A stretch of DNA of 56,474 nucleotides, from the NCBI GenBank assembly GCA_030596105.1, contig JAUVKU010000001.1, forward strand, positions 1-56,474, written 5' to 3'. Position 1 is the stretch's first letter, and each line of letters starts with the position of its first letter. Positions 1 through 9,130 of this stretch are shown piece by piece. This stretch comes from a bacterium. GTDB lineage: Bacteria; Patescibacteriota; Minisyncoccia; Minisyncoccales; DAOVPY01. Both the position numbers and the translations under genes were made by a program. The notes beneath the pieces were generated by a model. The model did not search any database, was not told the origin of the DNA, and worked only from the letters and a program-made list of their open reading frames with translations.

Positions 1-141
1 TATCATCATGAGTCCGCAATAGCCATCATAACCAAAGAACACAAAGTAATTTTTTCTAAACCACAAAAAGCCATTACAGCGGGTCAATCAATCGTATTTT
101 ATAAGGGAAAACAACTTTTAGGTGGCGGAATCATAAAATAA
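1..141 (+). CDS. mnmA: tRNA-specific 2-thiouridylase MnmA, C-terminal fragment (5' end outside window)
   Basis: Frame 1 reads ...[26 protein letters not shown], the typical MnmA C-terminal motif (PQxAxTxGQxxVFY...LGGG). Confidence 0.88.
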   Translation, partial: YHHESAIAIITKEHKVIFSKPQKAITAGQSIVFYKGKQLLGGGIIK

Positions 142-176
142 TTGATTATTGGCGATTATCGTTTATAATAGAATCA

Positions 177-1958
177 ATGACCTCAAAAGAACTGCGTAAA
201 AAATTTTTAGATTATTTTGAAAAAAATGGACACAAAATTGTGCCCTCATTTTCCTTGTTACCAATTAATTCCTCAGTTCTTTTTACTACTGCTGGAATGC
301 AACAATTTACTTCCCATTTACAGGGCAAAGACAACCCCATTAAGGGATTTAATTCGCAACATTTAACTTCATGCCAAAAATGTTTTCGTAGCGACGATAT
401 TGAAGAGATAGGGGATGACACGCATCATTCATTTTTTGAAATGTTGGGAAATTGGTCAATCGGTCAAAACGAAAAAGGAGAATATTTTAAGCAGGGCGCC
501 ATAGAATACGCATTGGATTTTTTAATAAATGAGTTGGGATTAGAAAAAGACAAACTTTATATAACTATCTTTAAAGGCAATGAAGACATTCCAAAAGACA
601 ATGAATCAATAAATATTTGGCAAGGACAGGGAATTGAAAGAGAAAAAATAAAAGAATTTGGCGAAGAGGATAATCTTTGGGGACCAGTTGGAGAAACGGG
701 AATTTGTGGTTCTTGTTCAGAAATTTATTATGATAGGGGTCAAAAATTTGGATGTGGCAAAAAAGAATGTGGTCCGAATTGTCAACATTGCAAAAGATTT
801 GTTGAAATATGGAATCTTGTTTTTATAGAATACGCAAAAGATGAAAATAAAAAATATAAATTACTAAATCAAAAAAGCGTTGACACTGGAATGGGGTTAG
901 AAAGAATAATCAGTATTCTACAAAATAAACCATCTGCGTATGAAACAGATTTATTTGTTCCAATTATTCAAGAAATTGAGAAGCAGGGCGATAAAAAATA
1001 TCAAGATGAAAAAAAGAATTTTCGAATTATTGCTGATCATGTCCGTGGTTCAATTTTTTTAATATCTGAAGGTGTTTTGCCCTCAAACATAGAACAGGGT
1101 TATATTTTAAGACGTATTTTAAGAAGAGCGATTAGATATGGCAAAATAATAAAAGCAGAACCTCAATTTTTAATTCCGTTAGCTAAAAAAACAATTGATA
1201 TTTATAAAGATATTTACCCAGAAATTGCGTTAAAGCAAGCAGATATTTTAACCGTTATTCAGAAAGAAGAAGAAAAATTTGAAAAAACATTGGAAAAGGG
1301 ACTTATAGAAACCACATCTGTTATTGATTCCTATGTTGACGGGGAAGATATTAGCGGAAAAGCGGCGTTTGACCTATATCAAACATATGGATTTCCAATT
1401 GAAATGATAAAAGAACTAGCCGATGAACACAACAAAAAAGTTGATAAAAAAGAATTTGAACAAGAATTAAAAAAACATCAAGAAATTTCACGCGCTGGAA
1501 AAGACAAAAAATTTGGAGGAGGAGGAAAATTTTCGCCAAAACTTCATACAGCAACGCATCTTTTACATAGTGCTTTACGGCAAATTCTTGGTGAAAAAGT
1601 CCAACAAATGGGTTCTGATATAACCGAAGAACGGCTAAGATTTGATTTTTCTTTTGAAAGAAAATTATTACCAGAAGAATTAAAACAAATTGAAAATTTA
1701 GTTAATGAAAAAATAAAACAAAATTTACCAATAAAAGAACAAAAAATGGACTATAAAAAAGCTGTGGAATTGGGAGCTTTAGCTTTTTTTAAAGAAAAAT
1801 ATCCAGATATAGTGAGCGTATATTCTATAAATAATTTTTCTAAAGAAATCTGTGCTGGTCCACACGCAAATAAAACAAGCGAATTGGGTAAATTTAAGAT
1901 AATAAAAGAAAAGTCTTCAAGCGCCGGCATACGAAGAATTAAGGCTATTCTTGAATGA
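177..1958 (+). CDS. alaS: Alanine--tRNA ligase, short form lacking the C-Ala domain
   Basis: FTTAGMQQF, HHSFFEMLGNWS, DTGMGLER motifs; editing HTATH and CAGPH motifs; ends at GIRRIKA. Confidence 0.97.
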   Translation: MTSKELRKKFLDYFEKNGHKIVPSFSLLPINSSVLFTTAGMQQFTSHLQGKDNPIKGFNSQHLTSCQKCFRSDDIEEIGDDTHHSFFEMLGNWSIGQNEKGEYFKQGAIEYALDFLINELGLEKDKLYITIFKGNEDIPKDNESINIWQGQGIEREKIKEFGEEDNLWGPVGETGICGSCSEIYYDRGQKFGCGKKECGPNCQHCKRFVEIWNLVFIEYAKDENKKYKLLNQKSVDTGMGLERIISILQNKPSAYETDLFVPIIQEIEKQGDKKYQDEKKNFRIIADHVRGSIFLISEGVLPSNIEQGYILRRILRRAIRYGKIIKAEPQFLIPLAKKTIDIYKDIYPEIALKQADILTVIQKEEEKFEKTLEKGLIETTSVIDSYVDGEDISGKAAFDLYQTYGFPIEMIKELADEHNKKVDKKEFEQELKKHQEISRAGKDKKFGGGGKFSPKLHTATHLLHSALRQILGEKVQQMGSDITEERLRFDFSFERKLLPEELKQIENLVNEKIKQNLPIKEQKMDYKKAVELGALAFFKEKYPDIVSVYSINNFSKEICAGPHANKTSELGKFKIIKEKSSSAGIRRIKAILE

Positions 1959-1966
1959 AACTTTTA

Positions 1967-2024
1967 TATTTCCTAGCGAGCCCATGCGAAAATTTATTTT
2001 CGTGATGGGCGAGCGACGGAAATA
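1967..2024. other. Intergenic imperfect hairpin
   Basis: TATTTCC...GCCCAT-GCGAAAAT / ATTTTCGT-GATGGGC...GGAAATA inverted arms. Confidence 0.6.
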
Positions 2025-2061
2025 CACAAGATGTTATTTCCCGCAACATCCTTTATATTTG

Positions 2062-2089
2062 TTGACATTTTAAATATTTTTGTTATCAT
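2062..2089 (+). promoter_or_regulatory. Putative sigma70 promoter of infA
   Basis: TTGACA-16 nt-TATCAT with TG extension. Confidence 0.55.
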
Positions 2090-2101
2090 AGCAGTATATA
2101 A

Positions 2102-2323
2102 ATGGATTCTAAAAATCAACTTTCAAAAGAAGAAGGAATTGTTTTAGAAACCTTGCCAAATTTAATGTTTAGGGTGAAATTAGAAAATGGAAAAAAAATT
2201 CTAGCTCACCTGAAAGGAAAATTACGATTATATAAAATTAAAATTTTGGCAGGCGATCGAGTAACAGTAGAAATGACCCCTTATGATGAAACAAGGGGGA
2301 GAATTATTTACAGAGGAAAATAA
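2102..2323 (+). CDS. infA: Translation initiation factor IF-1
   Basis: [20 protein letters not shown]...[19 protein letters not shown]. Confidence 0.97.
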   Translation: MDSKNQLSKEEGIVLETLPNLMFRVKLENGKKILAHLKGKLRLYKIKILAGDRVTVEMTPYDETRGRIIYRGK

Positions 2324-2470
2324 TTCTTATTTAATTAGCGGGCTTATTGTTTAATAAGTAATGTGCCTAAAAATTATGCATCTCATTCTCAAATCCTTAA
2401 TGGATTTGCTTTTTGGGGCGTTTTATGATATTGAGAATACAGGACAAAATGTTCTCAAATTATTATTTTT

Positions 2471-2587
2471 ATGAAAGTACGATCTTCAGTAAAAAAAATT
2501 TGTAAAGACTGTAAAATCGTTCGACGAAAAGGACGGGTTTGTGTTATTTGTAAAAAAAATCCGAGGCACAAACAAAGACAAGGTTAA
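2471..2587 (+). CDS. rpmJ: 50S ribosomal protein L36 (absent from the ORF track)
   Basis: Manual translation [38 protein letters not shown]; lies between infA and rpsM. Confidence 0.97.
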   Translation: MKVRSSVKKICKDCKIVRRKGRVCVICKKNPRHKQRQG

Positions 2588-2615
2588 AAATTTTAAAATA
2601 TAAGCATATAAAAAT

Positions 2616-3005
2616 ATGCCACGAATTGCTGGGGTTAATATCCCCGAAAACAAACAAATAGAAATAGCTCTAACTTATATATATGGAATAGGCGCAACTT
2701 TGAGCAAGAAAATTTTAGATAAAACTAAAATTGGTTCTTCTGTGTTGGCTTCAAAATTAGAATCAGAGGAAATAAACAAATTAAGAGATATTATTGAAAA
2801 AGATTATAAAATTGAAGGAGATCTTCGCCGAGAAAAAATGATAGCCATAAAACGATTAAAAGACATTGGCTGTTGGCGCGGAACTCGCCATATAAAAAGT
2901 TTACCAGTAAGAGGACAAAGAAGTAAAACAAATAATAGAACTGTTCGGGGCAACACAAGAAGAACTGTTGGAAGTGGCAAAAAAGGCGCTCCAGCCCCAA
3001 AATAA
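2616..3005 (+). CDS. rpsM: 30S ribosomal protein S13
   Basis: [25 protein letters not shown]. Confidence 0.98.
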   Translation: MPRIAGVNIPENKQIEIALTYIYGIGATLSKKILDKTKIGSSVLASKLESEEINKLRDIIEKDYKIEGDLRREKMIAIKRLKDIGCWRGTRHIKSLPVRGQRSKTNNRTVRGNTRRTVGSGKKGAPAPK

Positions 3006-3009
3006 AAGC

Positions 3010-3462
3010 ATGGGTAAAAAACGCATAATTAAACAATCAGCAGATGAGCTTATTAAAGAGAGAGAGAAAGTGGACGCAAAAGCAAAAAAAGAAATAAAAG
3101 TAAGCGCCTCTAAAAGAGTTGTGGAAGGTAGAGTTTATATCTCAACATCCTACAACAATACTATAATGACTCTAACTGACGCATATGGAAATGTGTTGGG
3201 GTGGGTTAGTGCTGGCAATATTGGTTTTAAGGGCGCAAAAAAAGCAACACCTTTTGCTGCTTCTAAAACAGCTGAAGCGTTATCTCAAAGAGCTAAAAAA
3301 AGAGGCATGGAAAAAATTTCTATTTTTGTTAAAGGAATAGGCGGTGGCAGAGATTCTGCTGTTAGATCCTTGGCCAATAAGGGATTTGAAATTCTTTCAA
3401 TAAAAGATGTTACCCCAATACCACACAATGGATGCAGGCCTCCAAAACCTCGTAGAGTATAG
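3010..3462 (+). CDS. rpsK: 30S ribosomal protein S11 (N-terminally extended)
   Basis: YNNTI, GFKGAKKATPFAA, DVTPIPHNGCRPPKPRRV; ATG at 3010 just after the rpsM stop. Confidence 0.97.
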   Translation: MGKKRIIKQSADELIKEREKVDAKAKKEIKVSASKRVVEGRVYISTSYNNTIMTLTDAYGNVLGWVSAGNIGFKGAKKATPFAASKTAEALSQRAKKRGMEKISIFVKGIGGGRDSAVRSLANKGFEILSIKDVTPIPHNGCRPPKPRRV

Positions 3463-3506
3463 TAAATCGTTAAATAAAAATCCAAAATACAAAATATAAA
3501 ATAATT

Positions 3507-4154
3507 ATGTCAGCTAAATGTAAAATTTGTAGACGGTTGGGCGAAAAACTTTTTCTTAAGGGCGATAAATGCATGAGCGCCAAATGCTCAATGATTAGAA
3601 AACCTTACCCTCCCGGACTAAAAAGAAAAAAAAGAGCTCCGTCTCTTTCTGAATATGGAAAAGAGTTGAAAGAAAAACAAAAATTAAAAAATTGTTATAA
3701 TTTAAGTGAACATCAGTTTAGAAGATACATAAAAGAAAGTTTGGCAGCAAGACCAAAATCTAAAGATTCAGTTGAGGAAGAAGGACATTCTGTAATGGTT
3801 TTGATAAGAAAAATGGAAAGCCGTTTAGATAATGTAGTCTTTAGGCTTGGCCTTGCTTCGTCTCGCGCACAAGCTAGGCAAATAGTTTCTTATGGTCATT
3901 TTCTAGTTAATAAAAGATTAGTAAATATTCCATCCTATCAGGTTAAAAAAGGCGATGAAGTAAGCGTTAGACCACAATCTTCTAAGAATAAATATTTTCA
4001 AGAAATAACCCCAACTTTAAAGAAAAAACAGCAACCTCTCTGGTTAGAATTTGATGAAAATAAACTAACTGGAAAAGTTACTGGTACGCCTTCTTTTAAA
4101 GAAGCGGCTGTTCCAGCAGAAATATCAACAATTTTTGAATATTATTCAAGATAG
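3507..4154 (+). CDS. rpsD: 30S ribosomal protein S4
   Basis: CKICRRLGEKLFLKGDKC, ESRLDNVVFRLG, EYYSR. Confidence 0.98.
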   Translation: MSAKCKICRRLGEKLFLKGDKCMSAKCSMIRKPYPPGLKRKKRAPSLSEYGKELKEKQKLKNCYNLSEHQFRRYIKESLAARPKSKDSVEEEGHSVMVLIRKMESRLDNVVFRLGLASSRAQARQIVSYGHFLVNKRLVNIPSYQVKKGDEVSVRPQSSKNKYFQEITPTLKKKQQPLWLEFDENKLTGKVTGTPSFKEAAVPAEISTIFEYYSR

Positions 4155-4239
4155 ATTAAAAATTTTTAATTTTTAACTTTATAAACAAGTCTTATTTTTT
4201 AAACATTTTGAAAATAATAAATTATAAAATTTAAAAATC

Positions 4240-5055
4240 ATGGTTTCTTTACCCCTTCCTTTAAAAATTATTAAAAAGAAAAACAACATAGCCCAATTTG
4301 AGATAGAGGGCTTATTTCCGGGATATGGCATTACTATTGCCAATAGCTTGCGCAGAGTTTTATTATCTTCTTTGCAGGGTGCGGCCATTATTCAAATAAA
4401 AACAAAAGGTGTTCAACATGAATTTTCAACCATTCCAGGAATCACCGAAGATATGCTTGCTATCATAATGAATTTAAAACAATTAAGGTTTAAATTTCAA
4501 ACAGAAGACGATGAACCAATTTCAGCTACGCTTTCCGTTAAGGGAGAAAAAGAAGTAAAGGCTTCTGATTTAAAACTTCCTTCGCAAATAAAAATTATCA
4601 ATAAAGATGCGCATATCGCTACATTAACAGATAAAAAGGCTGAATTAGAAATGGAATTAGTAATTAAAAAGGGGACTGGATACGAACCAGCAGAAAAAAG
4701 AAAAAAAGAAAAATCACCCATTGGAGCGATAGATATTGATGCGATTTTTAGTCCAGTTAACACGGTAAAATATAAAATTGAAAATATGAGGGTTGGAGAA
4801 CGAACAGATTTTGATAAATTAAATTTAGAAATTGAGACAGACGGAACGATTGGCCCACAAGAAGCTTTTGTTCGGGCGTCAGAAATTTTAATTCAACATT
4901 TTTCTTTATTATTTGATGCCACGAAAGAAAAGACGAAAACAATAAAAACAACCGAAACAAAAGAAAAAAAAGAAAAAAAAGAAAAAAAAGAAAAAAAAGA
5001 AAAAAAAGAAAAATCAATTAAAACAAAGACAAAAGAAACAAAAAAGAAAAAATAA
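4240..5055 (+). CDS. rpoA: RNA polymerase subunit alpha (N-terminal domain plus K/E-rich tail, no alphaCTD)
   Basis: GYGITIANSLRRVLLSSLQG, IDAIFSPV, RTDFDKL; canonical position between rpsD and rplQ. Confidence 0.96.
   Translation: MVSLPLPLKIIKKKNNIAQFEIEGLFPGYGITIANSLRRVLLSSLQGAAIIQIKTKGVQHEFSTIPGITEDMLAIIMNLKQLRFKFQTEDDEPISATLSVKGEKEVKASDLKLPSQIKIINKDAHIATLTDKKAELEMELVIKKGTGYEPAEKRKKEKSPIGAIDIDAIFSPVNTVKYKIENMRVGERTDFDKLNLEIETDGTIGPQEAFVRASEILIQHFSLLFDATKEKTKTIKTTETKEKKEKKEKKEKKEKKEKSIKTKTKETKKKK
4963..5013 (+). repeat. 9-bp microsatellite (GAAAAAAAA)x5+ encoding EKK repeats in the RpoA tail
   Basis: G at 4963, 4972, 4981, 4990, 4999 and 5008, separated by A8. Confidence 0.9.
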
Positions 5056-5077
5056 TTAATAAATTAAGTTAAGCATT

Positions 5078-5428
5078 ATGCGAAAACGCAAAACAGGACG
5101 AAAATTTGGAAGGAAGGCAGATCCAAGAAAAGCATTGTTAAAATCATTAGCAAGGGCGATTATTTTAAATGAAAAAATTAAAACCACTGAAGCAAAAGCG
5201 AAAGAGGTGTCTGTTTTTGTAGAAAAACTCATAACCCAAGCTAAAAATAATAACATCGCCTCAAGAAGAAAATTAGCCACTATTTTTTCTCAAAAGCTTG
5301 TTAAAAAAGCCGTTGAAGAAATTGCCCCTAGATATAAAGAAAGAAACGGAGGATATACAAGAATTATTAAACTTGGTGCCAGAAAAGGCGATGGAGCAAA
5401 TATGGCAATAATAGAATTAGTTAAATAG
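5078..5428 (+). CDS. rplQ: 50S ribosomal protein L17
   Basis: IKTTEAKAKE, RNGGYTRIIKLG.RKGDGA.MAIIELV. Confidence 0.98.
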   Translation: MRKRKTGRKFGRKADPRKALLKSLARAIILNEKIKTTEAKAKEVSVFVEKLITQAKNNNIASRRKLATIFSQKLVKKAVEEIAPRYKERNGGYTRIIKLGARKGDGANMAIIELVK

Positions 5429-5449
5429 ATTTATAGAATCAATAAAACC

Positions 5450-5797
5450 ATGGAACGCAAACCTTATACAATTGACGCTACCAACAGACCCCTTGGACGC
5501 ATGGCAACAAGAATTGCCATACTTTTGCGTGGCAAAGATAAACCAGACTTTGCTCCAAATAAAGATATTGGAGGTGTTGTTATTGTTAAAAATATAAAAG
5601 AAGTAAAGTTAACAGGCAAAAAACTTGAAAATAAAATTTATTACCACCATTCTGGATACCTTGGAGGAATAAAAGAGAAACCCCTTAAAACTCTTTTTGA
5701 AGAAAACCCAGCCGAAGTTTTAAGAAAAGCCGTATATGGAATGTTGCCTAAAAATAAATTGAGAGCTAAAATAATAAAACGACTTCAAATTAAATAG
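5450..5797 (+). CDS. rplM: 50S ribosomal protein L13 (short C-terminus)
   Basis: IDA..LGR.AT.IA..LRGK.KP.F.P, YYHHSGYLGG, AVYGMLPKN. Confidence 0.96.
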   Translation: MERKPYTIDATNRPLGRMATRIAILLRGKDKPDFAPNKDIGGVVIVKNIKEVKLTGKKLENKIYYHHSGYLGGIKEKPLKTLFEENPAEVLRKAVYGMLPKNKLRAKIIKRLQIK

Positions 5798-5799
5798 TT

Positions 5800-6381
5800 A
5801 TGCCAATAAAGAAAACCACAATAAAATCTAAATCTTTGCCAAAAAAAACCAAAATTCAAAAGAAAAAAAACGCGGTAGAACCAATAGAAGAAATTAAAAA
5901 AATTGAAGAACCTATTGTTAAAAAAAAGCAAGATTCTAAATCAAAAGAAGATGTTGGTATTAAAAAAACTAAAATAGAAGATACTAAATCAAACCAATAT
6001 TATGAGGCAATAGGCAGAAGGAAAACATCAGTTGCGCGAATTAGACTTTGGACACGAGGAGACAAAGAATTTTCAGTCAATGGCAAACCATATAAAAAAT
6101 ATTTTCAAACTGCCGATCTTCAACAATCAGCCGTTGCTTCTTTGCAAAAAATGAAATGCTTAGATAGATTTAAAATAATAGTTAAAGTGAAAGGCGGGGG
6201 AATGACGGGTCAAGCAGAGGCAATAAGACACGGAACAGCTAGAATACTTATTCAATTTAATTCAGATTTTCAAAAAAGATTAAGAAAGGTTGGATATTTA
6301 ACTAGGGATTCAAGAATGAGAGAAAGGAAAAAATTTGGACTTAAGAGAGCAAGAAGAGCTCCCCAGTGGCAAAAACGATAA
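5800..6381 (+). CDS. rpsI: 30S ribosomal protein S9 with Lys-rich N-terminal extension
   Basis: GRRKTSVAR, GGGMTGQAEAIRHG, ERKKFGLKRARRAPQWQKR. Confidence 0.97.
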   Translation: MPIKKTTIKSKSLPKKTKIQKKKNAVEPIEEIKKIEEPIVKKKQDSKSKEDVGIKKTKIEDTKSNQYYEAIGRRKTSVARIRLWTRGDKEFSVNGKPYKKYFQTADLQQSAVASLQKMKCLDRFKIIVKVKGGGMTGQAEAIRHGTARILIQFNSDFQKRLRKVGYLTRDSRMRERKKFGLKRARRAPQWQKR

Positions 6382-6400
6382 AAACTTAATATGTGCCCAT

Positions 6401-6446
6401 AAACAACCCTGCTCACCTCTTTATGGAGAAACAGGGTTGTTTTTTT
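6401..6446 (+). terminator. Putative intrinsic terminator after rpsI
   Basis: AAACAACCCTG...CAGGGTTGTTT followed by a T run. Confidence 0.65.
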
Positions 6447-6523
6447 GCTAAATTATGATAGTCTACGCCCTTTTTATCAAAAAATTTACATCAGACTCCT
6501 TTTGTATTACATAAAACTTAAAA

Positions 6524-6552
6524 TTGACCAAAATAAAAGACTAAAGTATAAT
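6524..6552 (+). promoter_or_regulatory. Putative sigma70 promoter of the repeat-protein gene
   Basis: TTGACC-17 nt-TATAAT. Confidence 0.65.
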
Positions 6553-6580
6553 TAATATAATAAATATTATTATTTTAACA

Positions 6581-7480
6581 ATGTCAAAACAAGAAAAATT
6601 AAAAATTGAATCAAAAGACACAAGAAAAAAATTAGAGACCAATGAAAAATTTCAAAAAAAATCTCTGGACTTTATAGAGAATCTCGCCAACAAAGAAGGG
6701 AATAATGATTGGATAGCTAAAAGTTTGGCTGGTCTTGATTCAAATAGGGCGTGGGAGATGAGAGAAAAATTGCTTGAGCAAAAAACAGATAAGGGCTATA
6801 TAGCTCAAGGTTTGGCTGGTCTTGATTCAGATAAAGCGTGGGAGATGAGAGAAAAATTGCTTAAATTGGAAACGCACAAAGGCAATATAGCCGAAGGTTT
6901 AGCTGGTCTTAAATCTGACAAGGCATGGGAGATGAGAAAAAGATTGCTTAAATTAGGAACAAATACGGGCTATTTATCTAGAAGTTTGGCTGGTCTTGAT
7001 TCAGATAAAGCGTGGAAGATGAGAAAAAAATTTCTTGATAAGGGATCTGACAAAAGCTCAATCGCTATGGGTCTATCTGGTCTTAAATCTGACAAGGCAT
7101 GGGAGATGAGAAAAAAATTGCTTGAATTAGGAACAAACAAAAATTATATTATTGAAAGCTTAATTGGTCTTAAATCTGACAAGGCATGGGAGATGAGAGA
7201 AAAAATGTCTAAAAAGGAAAAGCGCAGAGATTCCATAGCTAAAAGTTTGGCTGGTCTTGATTCAGATAGGGCATGGGAGATGAGAGAAAAATTGCTTGAG
7301 CAAGGAGCGGGCAAGGGCTATATAGCCAGGGGTTTGGCTGGTCTTGATTCAGATAGGGCATGGGAGATGAGAGAAAAATTGCTTGACAAGGGATGTCATA
7401 AAGGCGATATTTCTATGGGAGTTTATGGGAATTATATGATGGCTGGAGTTCGCAAAGCAAAAATAGATCAAAAAAAATAA
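6581..7480 (+). CDS. Hypothetical protein with eight tandem 29-aa helical repeats (alpha-solenoid-like)
   Basis: Repeat consensus LAGL(D/K)SD(K/R)AWEMR(E/K)KLL plus 12 variable residues; own promoter. Confidence 0.85.
   Translation: MSKQEKLKIESKDTRKKLETNEKFQKKSLDFIENLANKEGNNDWIAKSLAGLDSNRAWEMREKLLEQKTDKGYIAQGLAGLDSDKAWEMREKLLKLETHKGNIAEGLAGLKSDKAWEMRKRLLKLGTNTGYLSRSLAGLDSDKAWKMRKKFLDKGSDKSSIAMGLSGLKSDKAWEMRKKLLELGTNKNYIIESLIGLKSDKAWEMREKMSKKEKRRDSIAKSLAGLDSDRAWEMREKLLEQGAGKGYIARGLAGLDSDRAWEMREKLLDKGCHKGDISMGVYGNYMMAGVRKAKIDQKK
6725..7420 (+). repeat. 8 x 87-bp in-frame tandem repeat
   Basis: GGTCTT(G/A)A(T/A)TC...TGG(G/A)AGATGAGA recurs every 87 bp. Confidence 0.95.
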
Positions 7481-7529
7481 AGGATCAAAAATCTTTTTAG
7501 TTCTTAACTAAATACAATAGATTATTAGA

Positions 7530-9026
7530 TTAAAAAATAAATTCTTTTGAATTGTATAAACTTTGATCGCTTAATATATATATTCTTTTATTATTTGAAT
7601 TAAAAAACATTTCTAAATTTTTAAACTCAGCCAAATTATACATATTAATTCCACTCCTATCGTCAATTTCAGCAATTTTTATTTTATCTCCAACACTAAA
7701 TACCAAATAATGATCTCCGAACCAAAAACAATCTCCTATTTTTTCAGAAAATCGTGTTAAAAACACTTTCTCTTGTGCCTGTCTTTTAGGTTGACCATTT
7801 TCTTCTTCAAAAAAGAAAACCCACAATTCAAAATTGTTCAAAAAAACAATTTTTTTATTATCTGGAGAAAGCTTTACATCTCTGACAAATTCAGAGATTT
7901 TTTTAAACTTTTTTAAACTTTCATCCAAAAAATATAAAACATTGTTTTCTTTAATCAATATCCTGTTGGCAACATTGTTTATTGCATAATTCGCCTTCGA
8001 TTCAACGGCTAATGGCTCTAAGTTAAAACTTTCTAAAATCTTTCCAGTAATAGAATCGCTCTTTAAAAGAAACCCTTGATCAGATAACCAATATAGACCA
8101 TCGTCAACGCTTTTATATGCTATTAAATCGCTCAGGATTGATTCTGAAATTTCTTTTTTATTGTAGTCAACGCTGAAAAGAAAATTATTATTTTTACCCT
8201 GCTCTGTGGTTGTCACGAATTTAGTAAAAAATATTTTTTCGGAATCCTGAGCGTTAAAAGAAAAATCTTTTGCATCTGAATCTAAAAAATCTAAAAACAC
8301 GATAGAAGAAGGGTCATCTATTTCTAAAACAAGATGCATTACCTTGCCAGATGATGAATTTGCAAAAGGCCAAAGAGTTTCCAATAAAGCCTTTTCTGAA
8401 TTAGAAGAAAATTTTAAATCTAATAATTCTATATTTTTATTGCTTAATTTTGGAAAAGAAGATGCAGAGATTTCCTGAAACAAAGAATTATTTAATATAT
8501 TTTCTTCGCTTAAAAGAATTTTTTGGTTATTTTTTTCTAAATTTAAAATTTCTAAAACCCAATTATTTTGTTCTTCTGTCTTTTTGATAATTAGTTTTTT
8601 TTGATTTGGTAAAAACCAAAAATTTTCTGTATTATCTTTTAAAACAGTAAACTCAGGATTTTGTGGAATTAAAATAACATTTTTTGCTTCAGTAACCAAT
8701 TGAGCTTCTATTTCTAAAGATTTTTTCCAAGAATAATGTCCCTGTTTGCTTATCTCTATATCATAAGCTATGGGCAAAAGGTTTTTAATAAACACTGAAT
8801 CAAAGAAAAAATCTGTTTTTTCTTTAAATTTACCATTGAAGTGAATTTCAACATTTTTTGGTATAACCTTGCAATAAAATCCTCCAGTTTTGACAATTTT
8901 TATTTTAGCTGTTGACAAATCAAAATCAAAGCGATATCCACAAGAATACAAAATTATCACTGGCGCTCCTAAAAAAAGAAAAAACACACAAAGGGAAAAC
9001 AAAATTGTACGCATTTTTTTTATCAT
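7530..9026 (-). CDS. Membrane-anchored protein, PEGA-like domain then probable beta-propeller
   Basis: N-terminal TM helix, GYRFD...KTGG, NLLP..YDIEISKQGHYSWKK (PEGA-like), SPDNKKIVF-type blades. Confidence 0.7.
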   Translation of the reverse strand: MIKKMRTILFSLCVFFLFLGAPVIILYSCGYRFDFDLSTAKIKIVKTGGFYCKVIPKNVEIHFNGKFKEKTDFFFDSVFIKNLLPIAYDIEISKQGHYSWKKSLEIEAQLVTEAKNVILIPQNPEFTVLKDNTENFWFLPNQKKLIIKKTEEQNNWVLEILNLEKNNQKILLSEENILNNSLFQEISASSFPKLSNKNIELLDLKFSSNSEKALLETLWPFANSSSGKVMHLVLEIDDPSSIVFLDFLDSDAKDFSFNAQDSEKIFFTKFVTTTEQGKNNNFLFSVDYNKKEISESILSDLIAYKSVDDGLYWLSDQGFLLKSDSITGKILESFNLEPLAVESKANYAINNVANRILIKENNVLYFLDESLKKFKKISEFVRDVKLSPDNKKIVFLNNFELWVFFFEEENGQPKRQAQEKVFLTRFSEKIGDCFWFGDHYLVFSVGDKIKIAEIDDRSGINMYNLAEFKNLEMFFNSNNKRIYILSDQSLYNSKEFIF

Positions 9027-9064
9027 ATAATCATATATTATTATATATTTTCAGGATACATCAC

Positions 9065-9094
9065 TTGACACAAAATTGCAACCTGTGTTATATT
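9065..9094 (+). promoter_or_regulatory. Putative sigma70 promoter of orphan gene pair
   Basis: TTGACA-18 nt-TATATT with TG extension. Confidence 0.55.
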
Positions 9095-9130
9095 ATATCA
9101 TACCTTAAAAACAGAATAAGGAGAGAAAAA

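Noticed and set aside
1956..1958. Alternative genetic code 25 (UGA=Gly)
   Set aside because: alaS and pbp2 end at TGA at plausible C-termini, and conserved genes are uninterrupted under code 11.
6725..7420. CRISPR array (constant ~51 nt plus variable ~36 nt)
   Set aside because: Units are in frame in an open ORF, the variable parts are homologous to each other, the constant part is not palindromic, and no cas genes are present.
6725..7420. Diversity-generating retroelement TR/VR pair
   Set aside because: Differences are not restricted to adenines and no reverse transcriptase is in the window.
8912..9130. N-terminal extension of the 8912-9835 ORF, and similar extensions at 2968, 10077, 17430, 42922 and 49820
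   Set aside because: They overlap neighbouring genes, promoters or repeat elements. Downstream ATGs fit better.
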